This document shows, one piece after another, positions 10,933 to 24,017 of a DNA stretch of 64,000 nt (positions are counted from its first letter, which is position 1; each line of letters opens with the position of its first letter). This DNA comes from Hormiphora californensis. Its lineage: Eukaryota; Animalia; Ctenophora. Location: contig CM035351.1 in the NCBI GenBank assembly GCA_020137815.1, positions 2,728,001 through 2,792,000 on the forward strand, read 5' to 3'. The position numbers and the translations under genes are program-made. The notes below the pieces were generated by a model. It was not told where the DNA came from. It did not search any database and was given only the letters and a program-made list of their open reading frames with translations.

Positions 10933-13816
10933 TATATTACGAAATTTCATCACCCGGCGGAGACGCGAGCGTGGATTCTCTTTTTGCAAGGCAACCCCAG
11001 ATATATTTCCATTAACACTTGTTGAGTTACTCAACAAAGTAACACTAGTCTTCCTCTGTAGCGGACACTACCACGTCCCGCGAGAAGTTGTTGTTGTTGT
11101 TACAATCGAGAAACGGGTGAGCCTGAGAATCGGAAGATATAAAGGACCGCCAGATGAATCATAAAATCCAGAAAGCTGTTGAAATCCTCATATGCAATAT
11201 GGAATTTGAGCTGTTTTGATGTTTTAGATCGTGAAATTAATACCCGGTGTCTGTATGGCGGTGCCCCATTTGATTCTGAGCGCGAGACAGTGCGCTCAGA
11301 TGGGGTCGCGGCGCCAGACAGCCCGGTGTCGTAGTTTTATCTGTGGGATTACGGATCTTCAACACTGACCTGATTATGATCATCACGATCAGTATGCGTA
11401 TGGCCTAAACTCCCAGATAAAGACCCCAGCTTTCCACCTCGAAAACGGGTTTGCACATTACAAATTCAATGAAATTGTGTGCTTTCACCACACATGAGAC
11501 ATCACACGCAACGTAATCAGTACACAAACTGCGCGGGGCGATTTTCGAGGGGTAAAAACCTGGGTTTCTTTTCAGTCGGGGATACGTAATCCCACGTGTT
11601 ATGCTGGTACCATTATACTTTGCTGAAAAAAATTTTAAATCGATATTTTCCTGTCTTTATTGTACTAAAATAGGGTTGGCGTGCTAGAGAATGCAATTCG
11701 GCCGAAAGGGGCCCGTTACCGGTTGCTCTCTCTCTCTCTCTCTCTCTCGTGCCTCTCTAATTAATGTGATTTCATGATGTGCTGCGTGAATTCATAACTT
11801 GCTGCTTGCTCAATAAATAGTTTTAGTGTGACATGCGTGTAACCATTACTAATATATTGTGTCACTTCCATTAATATACCATTTCCATTTCCATACCATG
11901 AGAGCTTTTGCCTTGCCTGTTTCATCGCACCCCGCACAAATATAAAGGGCGGTTTGAACATAGTACATACCATGAGAGCTTAATATTCTGAATCTTATGA
12001 GCTCCGGCAAGAACATATTGTTTGTTCTCGGAAAATGTCTAAATAATAGAATGTAGGCAATTACATATTGCTGTATTATACGTACTATTGAGTTGACACT
12101 TGATAATTCCGTTAATCGGTTGACCGTTTACTGAACCTCTTATTGTGGCAATGTTGTATACACGCTCTAAATTTCCCACTGTTTCCCACGTGTTCCTAGG
12201 TACGTGATCACACGTGTTGGATCTTATCCACAACCACAACAGCTGCAGCCTGTATTTGATAAACAACAAGTATAGCTATCTAGCCTATAAAGATATTGAG
12301 CACTGTTGTGGAAGGATGTCTACCCTTACTTATGTACATAGTATAGTCTTTAAGTGTAATCTTAATCACTGAGATTGAGAGATTTTCACGAGTTGCAGCA
12401 ACGAATCTCTAAAGGTAGCCCCATCAGCTGTGAGCTGGGCACACCTTGAGTTCGGAGAGAGTAATTATATGCCACAGATTGGAATTGCTTGAGCTATTGT
12501 ATAATGTGTGATAGAGAGAGAGAGAACTTGTAGTCACTTGAGCTGCATGGTCAAAGGTTCTCTCGCTAATTCTACTGTAAGTACACACCGTAACAAACCT
12601 TACACAATTTTTATCACGTAGAGTTGAAGTAGAACAGACGAAGTAGAACAAAAAGACGCAAACAAAGATGATTTACATATTAAGTTTGGCATCAGTATTT
12701 TAGTTCTTTTTTATCTAGATGCACTTTTTTTCATTAACAAGAATAATTGCGATATGACATGATGTTATATCGCCTGGTTTCCCCGCCAAGCATATAATGA
12801 TCTGGCATGTTCCAGTTGCCCAGTTGCCACACCTGCTTCTAATTGGGCACTGACATGATACGTGAGCCGGTATCTGTCAATTTATTTGATTTAGTACCAT
12901 TATATCGTTGTCTATTTTGTTAGTGAGCCGGTATAGCTGATAGCTTGTCTGATTAGACTCCATTGATAGAGCTATGTGATATCCTAGGAACAATAATAGT
13001 CGCGGTTCCGATCACAACACGTTCAAAAATGCAGAACAATGTTCACTACACAATTACGTAGGACGCGAGAACAAATCTATGAATTCTACTGTAACATAAA
13101 AGAGCCGTGCATGTGCGCGCGAGTTTCCGCTGTGTTCAATCTGTAAATGTTAGCATTCCGCACTGGATAGTTGCCAGCAGCAACTAAGGAGGTTACGTTA
13201 CAGGACAAAAAAAGCGTGACACATCACTAGTATGTAAAATTGTTGAATTCTAAACCCCTATGCCTTTTTACAAAAGGCATTCACCGGGTGGGGAAAAAAT
13301 CTCTAAATCCTTCTAGTCTTCATGATAAATGACAAAATGCGACAGTTCGAATCTTCATATAAATCTGGTATAAGCGCACTTCCCTGTCGGTAGATTTTGT
13401 CATTTTGTCATAGCTCTGACGTCCGACTTTTTGAATTCGCTCTCGGACCTCAGTTCTTTTTTACGATCCTCTATAATTATGTCTCGCTAGTCATCTTTAC
13501 ATATCTACGTCTGTGCCTATATGAGATTGTGATTTGAAATATGAATGCAATGATTTCAAGATTTCGTCTCTGATGATATGAAGATATTTGATTTGCTTTC
13601 CCTATAGCCTTTGTTCTATTCTGGGCATATCCCCCCTCGGCTGCATGCCCCCGCGTCCTTACACCTTGTTCTGTGCCTGTAATATTGGACAGCTATAGCT
13701 GCACTGTTGGATGAACATTGTTCATCCAATATAGGCCTTCAGTTCACACGTTATATGTGGCATCTTCCAATATCATCTTGTTAACCCGGAGCAATATAAA
13801 CTTCGCATATTACAAC

Positions 13817-13824
13817 CCTCTCTT

Positions 13825-13892
<68 letters not shown>

Positions 13893-13911
13893 CTCGCTCT
13901 CTCTCTCTCTC

Positions 13912-13985
<74 letters not shown>

Positions 13986-14020
13986 CCTATCTCTCCCTCT
14001 CTCTCCCTATCTCTCCCTCT
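13817..14020. repeat. (CT)n microsatellite
   Basis: Direct reading. Confidence 0.95.
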
Positions 14021-14257
14021 TTATTCTCACTATAACTATTATACTTCTCTTGAACATAGAAAGAACTCCCCTGGTATAACGATAGTAAAACACATACTGA
14101 AGTTAATGAGATGTGGATAGTTCCGCAAGAATTCGACGTTCGACATTACAATAGTATTATTTAATTTCCGTTTCTAGATATTATATTCTCTTTATCACTG
14201 TCCCATTGTAATGTACTAATTAACTAAATGTTCTTCTCTCCTGAAACTTGTGTATCA

Positions 14258-15184
14258 TTAGATTGCGTTTAGTGGAAGAACATTATCACGATATGCTTCC
14301 TCTCCCCCCAATAACTTTGCGCCGGGATTGTACCGACAGATAATAACAATCCTCTTCTTTCCGTCTTTGTTGAGCCCAAAAGCGTGGGCGCATCCGACCT
14401 GCATTGTTGATCGCCAGGCCACCTGAGCGAAGTGCCCGTAATAGTGAGGGTATAGCCCCGGTTCATCCCACCGGTAATACCTCACCTCCTCATACCATCT
14501 GTGAACAGCATGGTTGTAATACCACGCTGTATCGTGACCCTTCTTGAACAGAGTTGAGAAGATATTCTCACCCTGACCGCCCCTCTGGTAACTATGTTCC
14601 ACTCCGCCCCGGTTGCCTAGGTAACGTGCATATTTCCATGCATCCCTCGCCAGGCCACTACTCCAACAGAGCCTCCCTGTGTTTTGGTGCTTCATTCGAA
14701 GAGCGTTATGGGCAAGGAGAATGGAGGAGGCAAGTGGTCCAGTACTGAGTTGACACCCCAGTGGGCTGTGAGGGGGTGTCGGGGGTGGTTGAGCGGTGGG
14801 TAGGCCTGAGTTAGACTTGCAGATTCCCGCCATGAGAGTAGAGCAAGGTGCCTCCCATACCTTCCCTGATCTAACCGGGTACAACCCATAACACCGGTCC
14901 TCTTGGTCCTTTAGAAGCCAAATCGGACGGTCTACCTCTCGAAGTGCAAGCTGTGTCTCAGCCTCGTTAATTTCTCTGGAGAGGAGATCTCCTCCGAGGT
15001 CCAGGCAATTCATCTTGGCTTCATCATAATCAGTGTGCTGATCAGATATGATGTGGTAGCAGTATCCATTAATTCGCACCGAACTCGAGCATCTCTCACA
15101 GGGAGGACAATCAGTTTCTAATTCTTGATCTCCTCTAGCAGTAGGGGTCAGCAGTAGGAATGCAGCAAGGAGGAGGAGCAGCAT
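14258..15184 (-). CDS. Secreted C-type lectin + CAP (SCP/PR-1) domain protein, intronless, ~308 aa
   Basis: Signal peptide MLLLLLAAFLLLTPTARG at the ATG at 15184. CTLD-like CYH...EAKMNC...LGGDL...IWL...PC...GIC. CAP motifs HNALR, GENI, WYEE, GHFAQVAW, VGCA, ICRYNPG. Confidence 0.9.
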   Translation of the reverse strand: MLLLLLAAFLLLTPTARGDQELETDCPPCERCSSSVRINGYCYHIISDQHTDYDEAKMNCLDLGGDLLSREINEAETQLALREVDRPIWLLKDQEDRCYGLYPVRSGKVWEAPCSTLMAGICKSNSGLPTAQPPPTPPHSPLGCQLSTGPLASSILLAHNALRMKHQNTGRLCWSSGLARDAWKYARYLGNRGGVEHSYQRGGQGENIFSTLFKKGHDTAWYYNHAVHRWYEEVRYYRWDEPGLYPHYYGHFAQVAWRSTMQVGCAHAFGLNKDGKKRIVIICRYNPGAKLLGGEEAYRDNVLPLNAI

Positions 15185-16058
15185 AGCGCAGGTGGCTGAG
15201 AGCTTAAAATGTGTCGGTAAGAGAAATAGATAGAGCCCTTCACCTCGCACCTCCCGTAAAGGTCTCCAGATGCTGTAGGGAGCACTAACTGACACCCTAA
15301 CTTGTATAGTATGAAGGGGACCGGAATTGAGTTATTGCGAAGTTACGAGGAGGATGTTTATTGAAACTATTTCCGTTCCCTAATAAATTAGCACCTCTCA
15401 TGTATTGATATTTTAGGGGCCATGACAATAAACCGCATACAAGACATGGTCATGCTTCCTATGCTACCACTAAGTACCAACCAAAGATTCCTAATTCAGT
15501 TAAAATTACACGTCTCCTGTTGGTGATATTACACTCCTTTACTACTGCTACCTTTAGAAACAGCATACTGTTTTGTGGTTCCGCAACTAGTTCTAAGGAA
15601 TATTATTTGGGGCATGTTGTTTCTCCCTCTCATCTAGAAAGAGATATAGTTCATCTGTTTTTAGATGGGGCCTCATCTCTCTCTAGGCATTATTAATGAG
15701 CATTTATACGAATGGGGACCTGTTTCTAAGAACTGGGCACCACCTTCAGAACTAGTTAAAGATGCTTCGCTGTGTGGAACCATTAATACATTTCTCGGAA
15801 CGTCGACCGCTTATATATTCAATACTGAGTACCAAGTCAAGCAGCAATAATTCGCCCCAACATACGCGTTCAGTTAATTTTCACTTCAGTCTTCACCAAC
15901 CTTTATATGTTATAAGCCCTCCTTCTCATCTTTGTATCAACGACAGCTTGTTCTTTTTATTTTTATCATTTGTCTAATCGGCTCCCTTTCAAGCTAAACA
16001 ATCTGCAGCTATATACCAGTGTTTAACTGTACTTATTAAATTCCCAACACTAGCTAAC

Positions 16059-18118
16059 ATGTCAGCTAACTCCTCCAACTCCTCTTCCTCATCTTCCTCA
16101 TACATGGGGTTCTACACCCGGGAGGGAGACATTCCAGTTGGCATCATCTACCTATTGTTCAGTGTCATCGGCATCATTATCAATGGTAAGATATCATTAT
16201 TCGATACTCAGTCATGAGTTGAGAGAGATAAACACGTACTAATGTGATAGTCGATAGATAGTTAGCGTCAATACTTAACAATTGACAGGTCATGACAACT
16301 GTCACACGGAAGCACAAGTATTTAATGTTATACACATAATATATGATTGTTAATTAATTATAATTAATTATAATTACTGCAGGCTCAGTGATAATCCAGG
16401 CTCTGAATGCGAGGAAATCCTTGAAGCTACTGCCCTTTCTCATTTGTGCCCTGTACCTGGCTCTTAACGACCTGGTAATATTCGTAAACACACACACACA
16501 CACACACACACATTGGGCAAGCTCAATTTAGCTATTGCCCGGCTGGGTATAATAGGCTCATATTATTCCTCAATTCACCGGTCCCTGCACTCTGCAGTTG
16601 AAGTCACAGCGGAGATGTTATTATATGTGTTGAACATGATTGGTTGGGGATAAAGAACTTATAACATTGAGTGTACTTTAATACTGTCATAACCTCCCAG
16701 GTGTTATGTGTGGCAGGGGCATTACCTTACGCCATACTAATTCTGCTAAACCGACCTCTCAATACATCTCTGTTTCTCTGCAAGATAGCGGGATTTGTGA
16801 ACAGTATGGCGGACAAGGCTGCTTGGTTCAACATAACAAGGTATAAAATATTATCGAATAAAAATATTAATCGAGTAGAAGTGTTAAGCTAGTAGAGACT
16901 AACATCTCTAAGCCTTAGAGGTTTTAACGCATAACTCAAAGGGTTAAACGCTTAAATATATGCATAGTGCACTAGAAAAAATAGTGCGCTAGAAAAAAAT
17001 AGTTCATTAGAAAATATCGTTAAGCCGGCAGTCAATCATGATTGGCTGTCGTATGGACGAAATTTTCTGACTTTTCCTGAAAATATTCTCTATATAACTT
17101 CCTCACATGCTAACGTATTAAGCTAGTAGAGATATTAAGCTAGTAGAGACCAAAATCTCTAGGCGTCAAAGGGTTAAACGCTTAATTCAAAGAGTTAAAC
17201 GCTTAACTATGGATAGTGATTGGCTGAACGATATTTTTCCTGGAAATTTACCCCATATAACTTTCACGTGCTATAAACGTTTAATCAGAATAACCCAAAA
17301 TTAGTATAAACGTTGTGAGCCTGATCCCTAACCAGCTAAAATTAATACCATTATTTTCTAACCACCTATATTTTCAGCATTATGATATTTCGGTGTGCAT
17401 CTCTGCTGTTTCCTATCCAATGCCGGAACATTACAAACCGGCCCTTCTTCGTGACTCTATCCGTGATAACCTCCATCACAACATCCATCGCAGCCCTACC
17501 GTTCTTCCCTGTACCAGTTCATTGACAGCCAATTCAAATACAGATACAACCCCAACCTGGGTGAGTGCAGCTACCAGATCAGCACGGACTACTCCTATCT
17601 CATTATCCTGGTGGATATCATCTACTGGGGACCCTTCCTCCTCTGCATCATCAGCTCAATCGTCTTCTACATTGGCATGAACATCCACACTGCCCGGATA
17701 CAGAGTGGGAACAAGAAGACGGATGTCTGCTTTCAAGACTCTGATACTCACTGCCTTCTTCATCACGTGCTACCTACCCCGACAGTTGGAGAGTCTCGGG
17801 TTTTACCTGATGGGCAAGAATCTCCTTCTCACCTGGGTCTGGTTCGAAAAGAACATAGGTTTCACTGCCCTGGTCTACATACACACCGTCTGCACCTTCT
17901 TGATCCCACTAGTCAGGGCCGCCTTCACCCCTCTAGTCCTACGACTACCCGAGTTCATTAACATGTCCGATAAAAGAAGAGGGAAGAGGAGAAGCACGAT
18001 TAAAGATAGGGTCTCGGTGTTTGCTAGGACGAGCGAGCTACTAAGATCTCAAGGTCTCGGCAAAGTAGCGGAACGACAGAAATCAACGCTGAGCAACATT
18101 GGCGTTTGCTCAGTCTAG
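16059..18118 (+). CDS. Class A GPCR, 4 exons (16059-16185, 16383-16474, 16701-16840, 17378-18118), two apparent +1 frameshifts
   Basis: GT-AG, phase-consistent exons; N-glycosylation sequons at the N-terminus, LALND (TM2), LCKIAGF (TM3), FRC at the DRY position, CYLP (TM6). Extra base near 17508 and near 17716. Confidence 0.82.
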
Positions 18119-18602
18119 ACTACCCCTAAAATTGACAATTATGACTTAATAAGTCGTGGTCGCGACATAACCTTGGGAACGCTTCAAATACCTGAGACAG
18201 TTACATTAATCACAAAATAAAGATAACAATTTGACAAATTTGGGTATGATATGATTGTCAATAGATTTGTATACTGAATTGTCACACATGGTATTAGCAC
18301 TCTCGTTCGTCAAGAAGCTTCGCTTTAGAGATGGCGGTGGGGCTTGAGGTGAAGGCACCCGCTCGGGTACAGGGGCAGTTGGAATCCAGCTCAATACAAC
18401 TCTCCTTGTTAGCACAGATCCTCCCAACGACCACACACAACCTGCAAAAACAGAGATAATTATATTGTGTTGTTTTAGGAAATGTACCTACCTCTTTCAC
18501 TCATTCTCTCCTACCCCGTTCCCGGTAATTGAGAGAGTACACTGCTTCTCGCTATACGTGTTCCAAAAAAGCCATTCCTAGCCCCATTATAGTACCTTCA
18601 TC

Positions 18603-19118
18603 TTAGGTTGCATCTGGAACGTTAACTTTCCTTGTGTTGTACACATAGGTTACACCTCCTCGACTGTTCTTTATGATCAGTTTCCCCTTCCTCCTTCCTG
18701 ATCCCCTCTCGCTGATCTCCTCGAGACCCTCCCAGTTGCTATCATCCTCCATCCCGCTCTCATCCCGCTCCTCCAGCATCATACCACCGTACGACCACTG
18801 GTTCCACGGGGCTCGGTTCCCTGTGAGAAAACATGTGGTTTGGTTTCGACTGTTATAAAAGTACCTCGCACTGCGCCCCGAAGAATGTGGTAAAGCTCTT
18901 TCAACATAGAACATAGTGGAAAGATTATTTTTTAAAAAGAGCCATTTTAACTTCCTACCCAGAGCTATGGCATCTAGAACAAGAAAAACACTCGCCAGCA
19001 CGAGGACACTCCTGCAATGATATGTTGTTAATTGTGTAGCTGCTTTTTAATTGAAAATATTGAATAGTTGTTGATGTTTAAAATTTGTTTTACATGTTTA
19101 CCTTACGATTCCGAACAT
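18603..19118 (-). CDS. Small secreted precursor, neuropeptide/prepropeptide-like (exons 19118-19102, 19011-18959, 18820-18603); 3' end uncertain
   Basis: Spliced product MFGIVRSVLVLASVFLVLDAIALG-NRAPWNQWSYGG-MMLEERDESGMEDDSNWEGLEEISER-GSGRRKGKLIIKNSRGG... with canonical splice sites. A possible Cys-rich exon lies at ~18441-18294. Confidence 0.7.
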
Positions 19119-19875
19119 GATGGTTTAAATCTGTTTGACGTGTCTGCTATACTTCCTGACTGAAGGGTGATGGAAGTAATCGCTGCCCGGAATACTCCGG
19201 ATGATGATGATGATGATGTATATATTGTGGGTTAGATAAACAACAAGCGTTAGACGAACAAAACAGCGGCCTATTTTTACACACTTGTTGTGTTATATCA
19301 CACACACAATTAACTTGCTGCGTGCCTTGATTTCAACTTGCTTTAAGTTTAAAAGTAGAAAAAATTGTTAAAGCATTGAAGCAATATGTAGTACCATGCC
19401 ATATAATAGTAAAGCTTGAACTGCGATACTAAGCCAAGATCAGAACCTTGTGAAATAAAACGTGGCTCTTATGATCATCCGCTAATAATTGTAACTATCC
19501 TCTGCGACCTCCTCATGGAGACCATGTTCTGTAACTGAGATTGCGACCTCTAAATACTCCTCCCTGATTAGACTAACCATAGGATGACACGTGCCCCAAT
19601 CATTGACTGCAATATAGCACACCTGCACTCGATCTGTAAGACGGAGCAGCTGTAAGGAAAGTTATCGTTCCTTTGTAGTAAAAAGATATAGAGAGAGAAA
19701 CCGCCCTTATTATTGATCATTGATCCTATTTTCTACAACTGTTTGAGACAGCGAACTCTGTATCATAAGTCGCCATCATTTTCTCTCTTTCTCCCTCTCT
19801 ATACTGTCTCTATCTCTCTTTTTGTCAAGTTCGATTGACAAGTTATATCATTATCTGACAGGAAGGTGAGGAATA

Positions 19876-20796
19876 ATGACCAACAGAAGAAATGCATTAA
19901 ACAGCAGGACGGTGCAGGGAGGCAGCAGATTCTCCTCCCGGGGCACTACAGCCAGCATGTTCGATTTGGAGTCACCTGACACCTCATCTCCAACCACAAC
20001 TCCCTCTCCGTTCAGTTATAAGCCCCAAACCAGGTCATCCCTTATCTTGGGCTCCCTGGAAGATAAAATGTTAGTCAAGACTCGTGTTAGAGACTTTCAG
20101 GGCGATAGATCGAATGAGGCTGCTCACCATGCCTTGGCTGACTACCATCGCCGTAGGATAGGTACATCACCGACCTTTGGAACGTACACATCGGACCCCC
20201 TGAAAAGGTGGCCAATGTCACCCCGAGTAAGAGTAACACCTGTAAAACCGGGCAGACCGCCAGAATCCAAGATAAAACATTATAAAACATGCAACTGGTA
20301 CCGATGGGCAGGATTTGATTTGCTCAGATCTCAATTCACCAGTGAGCCCAATTTAGAGACGTTTGTAAAGCAGGGTTTCCTGGATCTACGCTGGCACTCT
20401 GAGACTTGTATTCAATACAAGTTGTGTAAAGAGAGAGTGTCATCGAAATTCCCAACTCTCTCAACTCCACCACGAACGCCAACAGTTGTACTCCGCCAAC
20501 GCAAGGGAAGATCACTGAAAGAACTTCTACGAAATACTATTGACCCATCGTTGGTAAGTAGCAGTACTGCATTATCCCCGCCCGCTCGTCCTAAGAGTGT
20601 TCACAGCAAGTCTTACTCAAACCTCATAGCGTTTAAATCCCCCCGGATCTCGCGGAAAAAGAAGGACCGTCCACAGTCTACACTTGGGATCGATAAGAAG
20701 GCCCGTCCGCAATCAACTTTAGATATTAGTGATAACGATACCAGAAATAAACGGACTTCTAGTGTTGCCAATTTGTTAAGATTTTTACGTGATTAG
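19876..20796 (+). CDS. Orphan 306-aa basic, Ser/Pro/Arg-rich protein
   Basis: Long ATG-initiated ORF in AT-rich surroundings with an acceptor-like site just upstream. Duplicated RPQSTL motif. No family recognised. Confidence 0.65.
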   Translation: MTNRRNALNSRTVQGGSRFSSRGTTASMFDLESPDTSSPTTTPSPFSYKPQTRSSLILGSLEDKMLVKTRVRDFQGDRSNEAAHHALADYHRRRIGTSPTFGTYTSDPLKRWPMSPRVRVTPVKPGRPPESKIKHYKTCNWYRWAGFDLLRSQFTSEPNLETFVKQGFLDLRWHSETCIQYKLCKERVSSKFPTLSTPPRTPTVVLRQRKGRSLKELLRNTIDPSLVSSSTALSPPARPKSVHSKSYSNLIAFKSPRISRKKKDRPQSTLGIDKKARPQSTLDISDNDTRNKRTSSVANLLRFLRD

Positions 20797-23700
20797 GTTT
20801 TCTAAAATACTTTCTAAAATGTGTCGTGTTTAGATTCTCACCCCATCCATACACATAGTGAAATGAAGATAGTCAGCATCCTCCTGGTCCACTAGATCAC
20901 ACAAACCATATAAATTACAACCAATCATCCAATTTAGGCTTTGCAGAAACATTGTTTTTTTCGGAAACTAAAATATAATAGATTTGGTGTAAAGACATAA
21001 AAAGAAATGATTGAAATAAAACAGATGGAATCGCATTTCGGTAAGTAATCGTGATAATTTTAATAACATCAATAACTCTCAGTCCTTCCAAGTAGAAACT
21101 AAATCTCTGTAATCGGTTTCTGAAGCTGCTTCATTTTCTTCGTTGGTATTCCGTCTGGGCCTTTGAAGGTAGGCAACAAACAGGAGCATCGACCAAACGA
21201 GAGCCAAAGGAAATGCAATTCCCATATTTTTCACTGAATAGAAGGATATCGATTTAGATCTCGACTATACAAAATATGAATTTTGTTAACACTTTCTAGC
21301 TAACTTACCTATACTTTGAATAGGAATACAATTGTAAACCAAGCCGGTGCAGTTCTTCATTTTGGACAAGGAACAAGCAGACAGTCAATTGATACACGCA
21401 CACACGATGAAATTCAATAGTCTTACAGCACAGCTAGTACCCGTAATATCTGATAGTGTACTGCAGTTGCTGTTGGACTTGTGCATTATGTGTAACATAT
21501 TCAGAAACACCCGTTTAATATGTGTCGACTTGGTTTTCTACAGTATTCCGATAAGCGAATTTCGCTTTTTAACTGAAGTGTGAACTGCTTGTCACCTTTA
21601 TTCCGCGGTACTGGGCCTCATCAAAAAGTGTCATAATTACTTCATACAAAACACATCATGAGCGAAACATACCGACATGTGTGTCTTTCAAAGACTATCT
21701 AATAACTTGTGATTCATGCGGTTTGATTATGTGGTCATTACAGCTGCTTTTTAATTTTAATATGCCAAAATGTCAGGAAAGATTTCTCCACCCTGTGCAT
21801 TGTGATTCAACACCCTAATGGTTGCCTTGTTTGACCCTGTTACAACAACCCTTTCAGTAGTTCCTCATCCATTGTCTACATGTCCTACAATAATATAAGA
21901 TTCTTCTCCCACGTTATATACTGACAATGGAAATATGGATCGCCGCGGCACTCCGTAAATAGGAGCGGAAGTGGACAGTGCATGCTGACACATGGCTATC
22001 TATATATTTCCAAATTTCTTTGTTGTGCGTGTGTGTGACTTTGTGTCAAGTGGCCGTAATTGACGACCATGCCGCTCATCGAGCTTGGATTCGGAAAAAG
22101 CGGTTGAATTTTGACAGGCAGCTTCCGCGGATATCATCTTATTGACTTCCATATTTATTTTCAGACTGCATACTAATCATGTATATTATCTCTATTATTA
22201 CAGATTATTCTCTATCTCTATACCTCTTCCTCTCTCTTTCTCTCATCTCTTTCTCTCTCCCCTCTTTCTTTCTCTTATCTCTCTCCCTTTTCTTCTTTTT
22301 GATGACAGGAACTCTCGATTCCTGTCGATTGTTCATCTCTCTCTCTGTAATAAGATTTACGACGAGAAGCTCTCTTTATAAGCCACTCTCTTTTTTCTGC
22401 CACTATCTTAGTCTCTCAAAATCATATCCTCTCATCTCACAATCTCATCCACTGGCATTCTCTCTCACTCTCTTCCTTCCATGTCTCTCTCTCTCCCTTA
22501 ATTACTCTCCGTGTCGAATTTGATTAATCAGCTCTTTTTACTCGCAGCATGCTCAGATTGTGTGTGTGCGTGTGTGTAAGCTAAAACTGCACTATAACCA
22601 CCATATGTACTATCTTTCCATCTTTTCCTTACTTGCATCTCATCCTCATGATCTTCCTAGTCTCATTTATATCGCTCTGTTCTCATTTGCATCTTTCTCT
22701 CCCTAATCTCTCCCTATCTTTCTCTATCTCTCCAATCTTGATTTCTTTGGAAGTTGATTATCTACTGACGTAGACTGGAACATCTAACTCCTGCCGGCAT
22801 TATGACGAACACAATTTAAACTTTTTTTAATTTTGACCTAAGATTTTTTTTAATTTTTAGGAATTTGCTTTCTCCTTAATTTGGAATGTCTATCTGTCTC
22901 TTTCAATCCTCCGAAAATACATGTCTTTATGGTTTTTCACAGACCCCCATCAGTCTCTCTCCTTTCATCTCGGTCTATGAAATTCTATTTTTTAGACTGC
23001 ATAATATGCACTCTGCTAATAAGCTTTTTCCGCTAACCGCTTGAAAGTAGAAATAAAATTGAGGACTCCCCGGTATAGTATCCGTTCACATAATTAGACG
23101 CTCTATAATAGGACTTCATTTGAGGCTAAACATCCCTCTGGAGTAATTATAACCGAATTCCAACACGCCCGCCCTGTCAGGCGTGTCAGAAAACTCTCCA
23201 TTGTCACTTGCCACCCTCACATAGTGTATCTACAGTACTGCTACAGTGTTTTGTATGCGTACTGTGTAGTTTTTCTACATACTGTCTCTTCTCTGTTGCC
23301 CTTTCACGCTTTTCTCTTTTTTTCTGTAAATAGTGTGCATTATTCAATATTCGGAAGTTCCGCTTAGTTTTTATTAATTTTTGGTAAAGATAAACATAAA
23401 CATCCTGATTAAATAATACGCTACATAATCTAAATATCGCATGTTAGTATCAACTCTACCATCTATATTTGTCCAACTGTGAACTTCACTGCATGTTTCT
23501 CTTCCATTATGGTGCCAACAAAACTCAAAAATGTCGTACGTATATATTTACTCTCTCTCTCTGTGTTTGCAGTTAACATATGTTGGACATGAACTGCACC
23601 ATTGGAGCATTCTGCTTCTACTGCATGAACATGTGCACTATTAACACGCCTGTAGAAGAGTGTGTATACAGTACACCGTTTCGCGAAATTGCTTAATCTA

Positions 23701-24017
23701 CTTTGTAGCCATGCACAAGGTAATCCTCCTCCTCGGCTGTCCCCCCCCCCCCCCCGTGTCCTCTGAAGCTTCATGTATTCCTTCCTCTCCAAACATGTGT
23801 AGCTATATATTGCACCGCGTACCAGGTCCCACACACACCACCTTGCCACAATTTTGTCAATAATTTCGTTCAATTAAAAAAAGAGGGATTTGTGTATATA
23901 TACTGCCGTGAGGGCTAAAAATAGAAATAATGCCTGATAGATGTCGTTGTGTTGTGTTATAGTGTTGCAGTTGCCTTGGTCGTAGAGGTGAGGAGAGATG
24001 AGAGGAGGTGCTGTCTC

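Noticed and set aside
15185-15295. N-terminal extension of the 345-aa CAP ORF
   Set aside because: Starts at a non-ATG codon; the signal peptide begins at the ATG at 15184.
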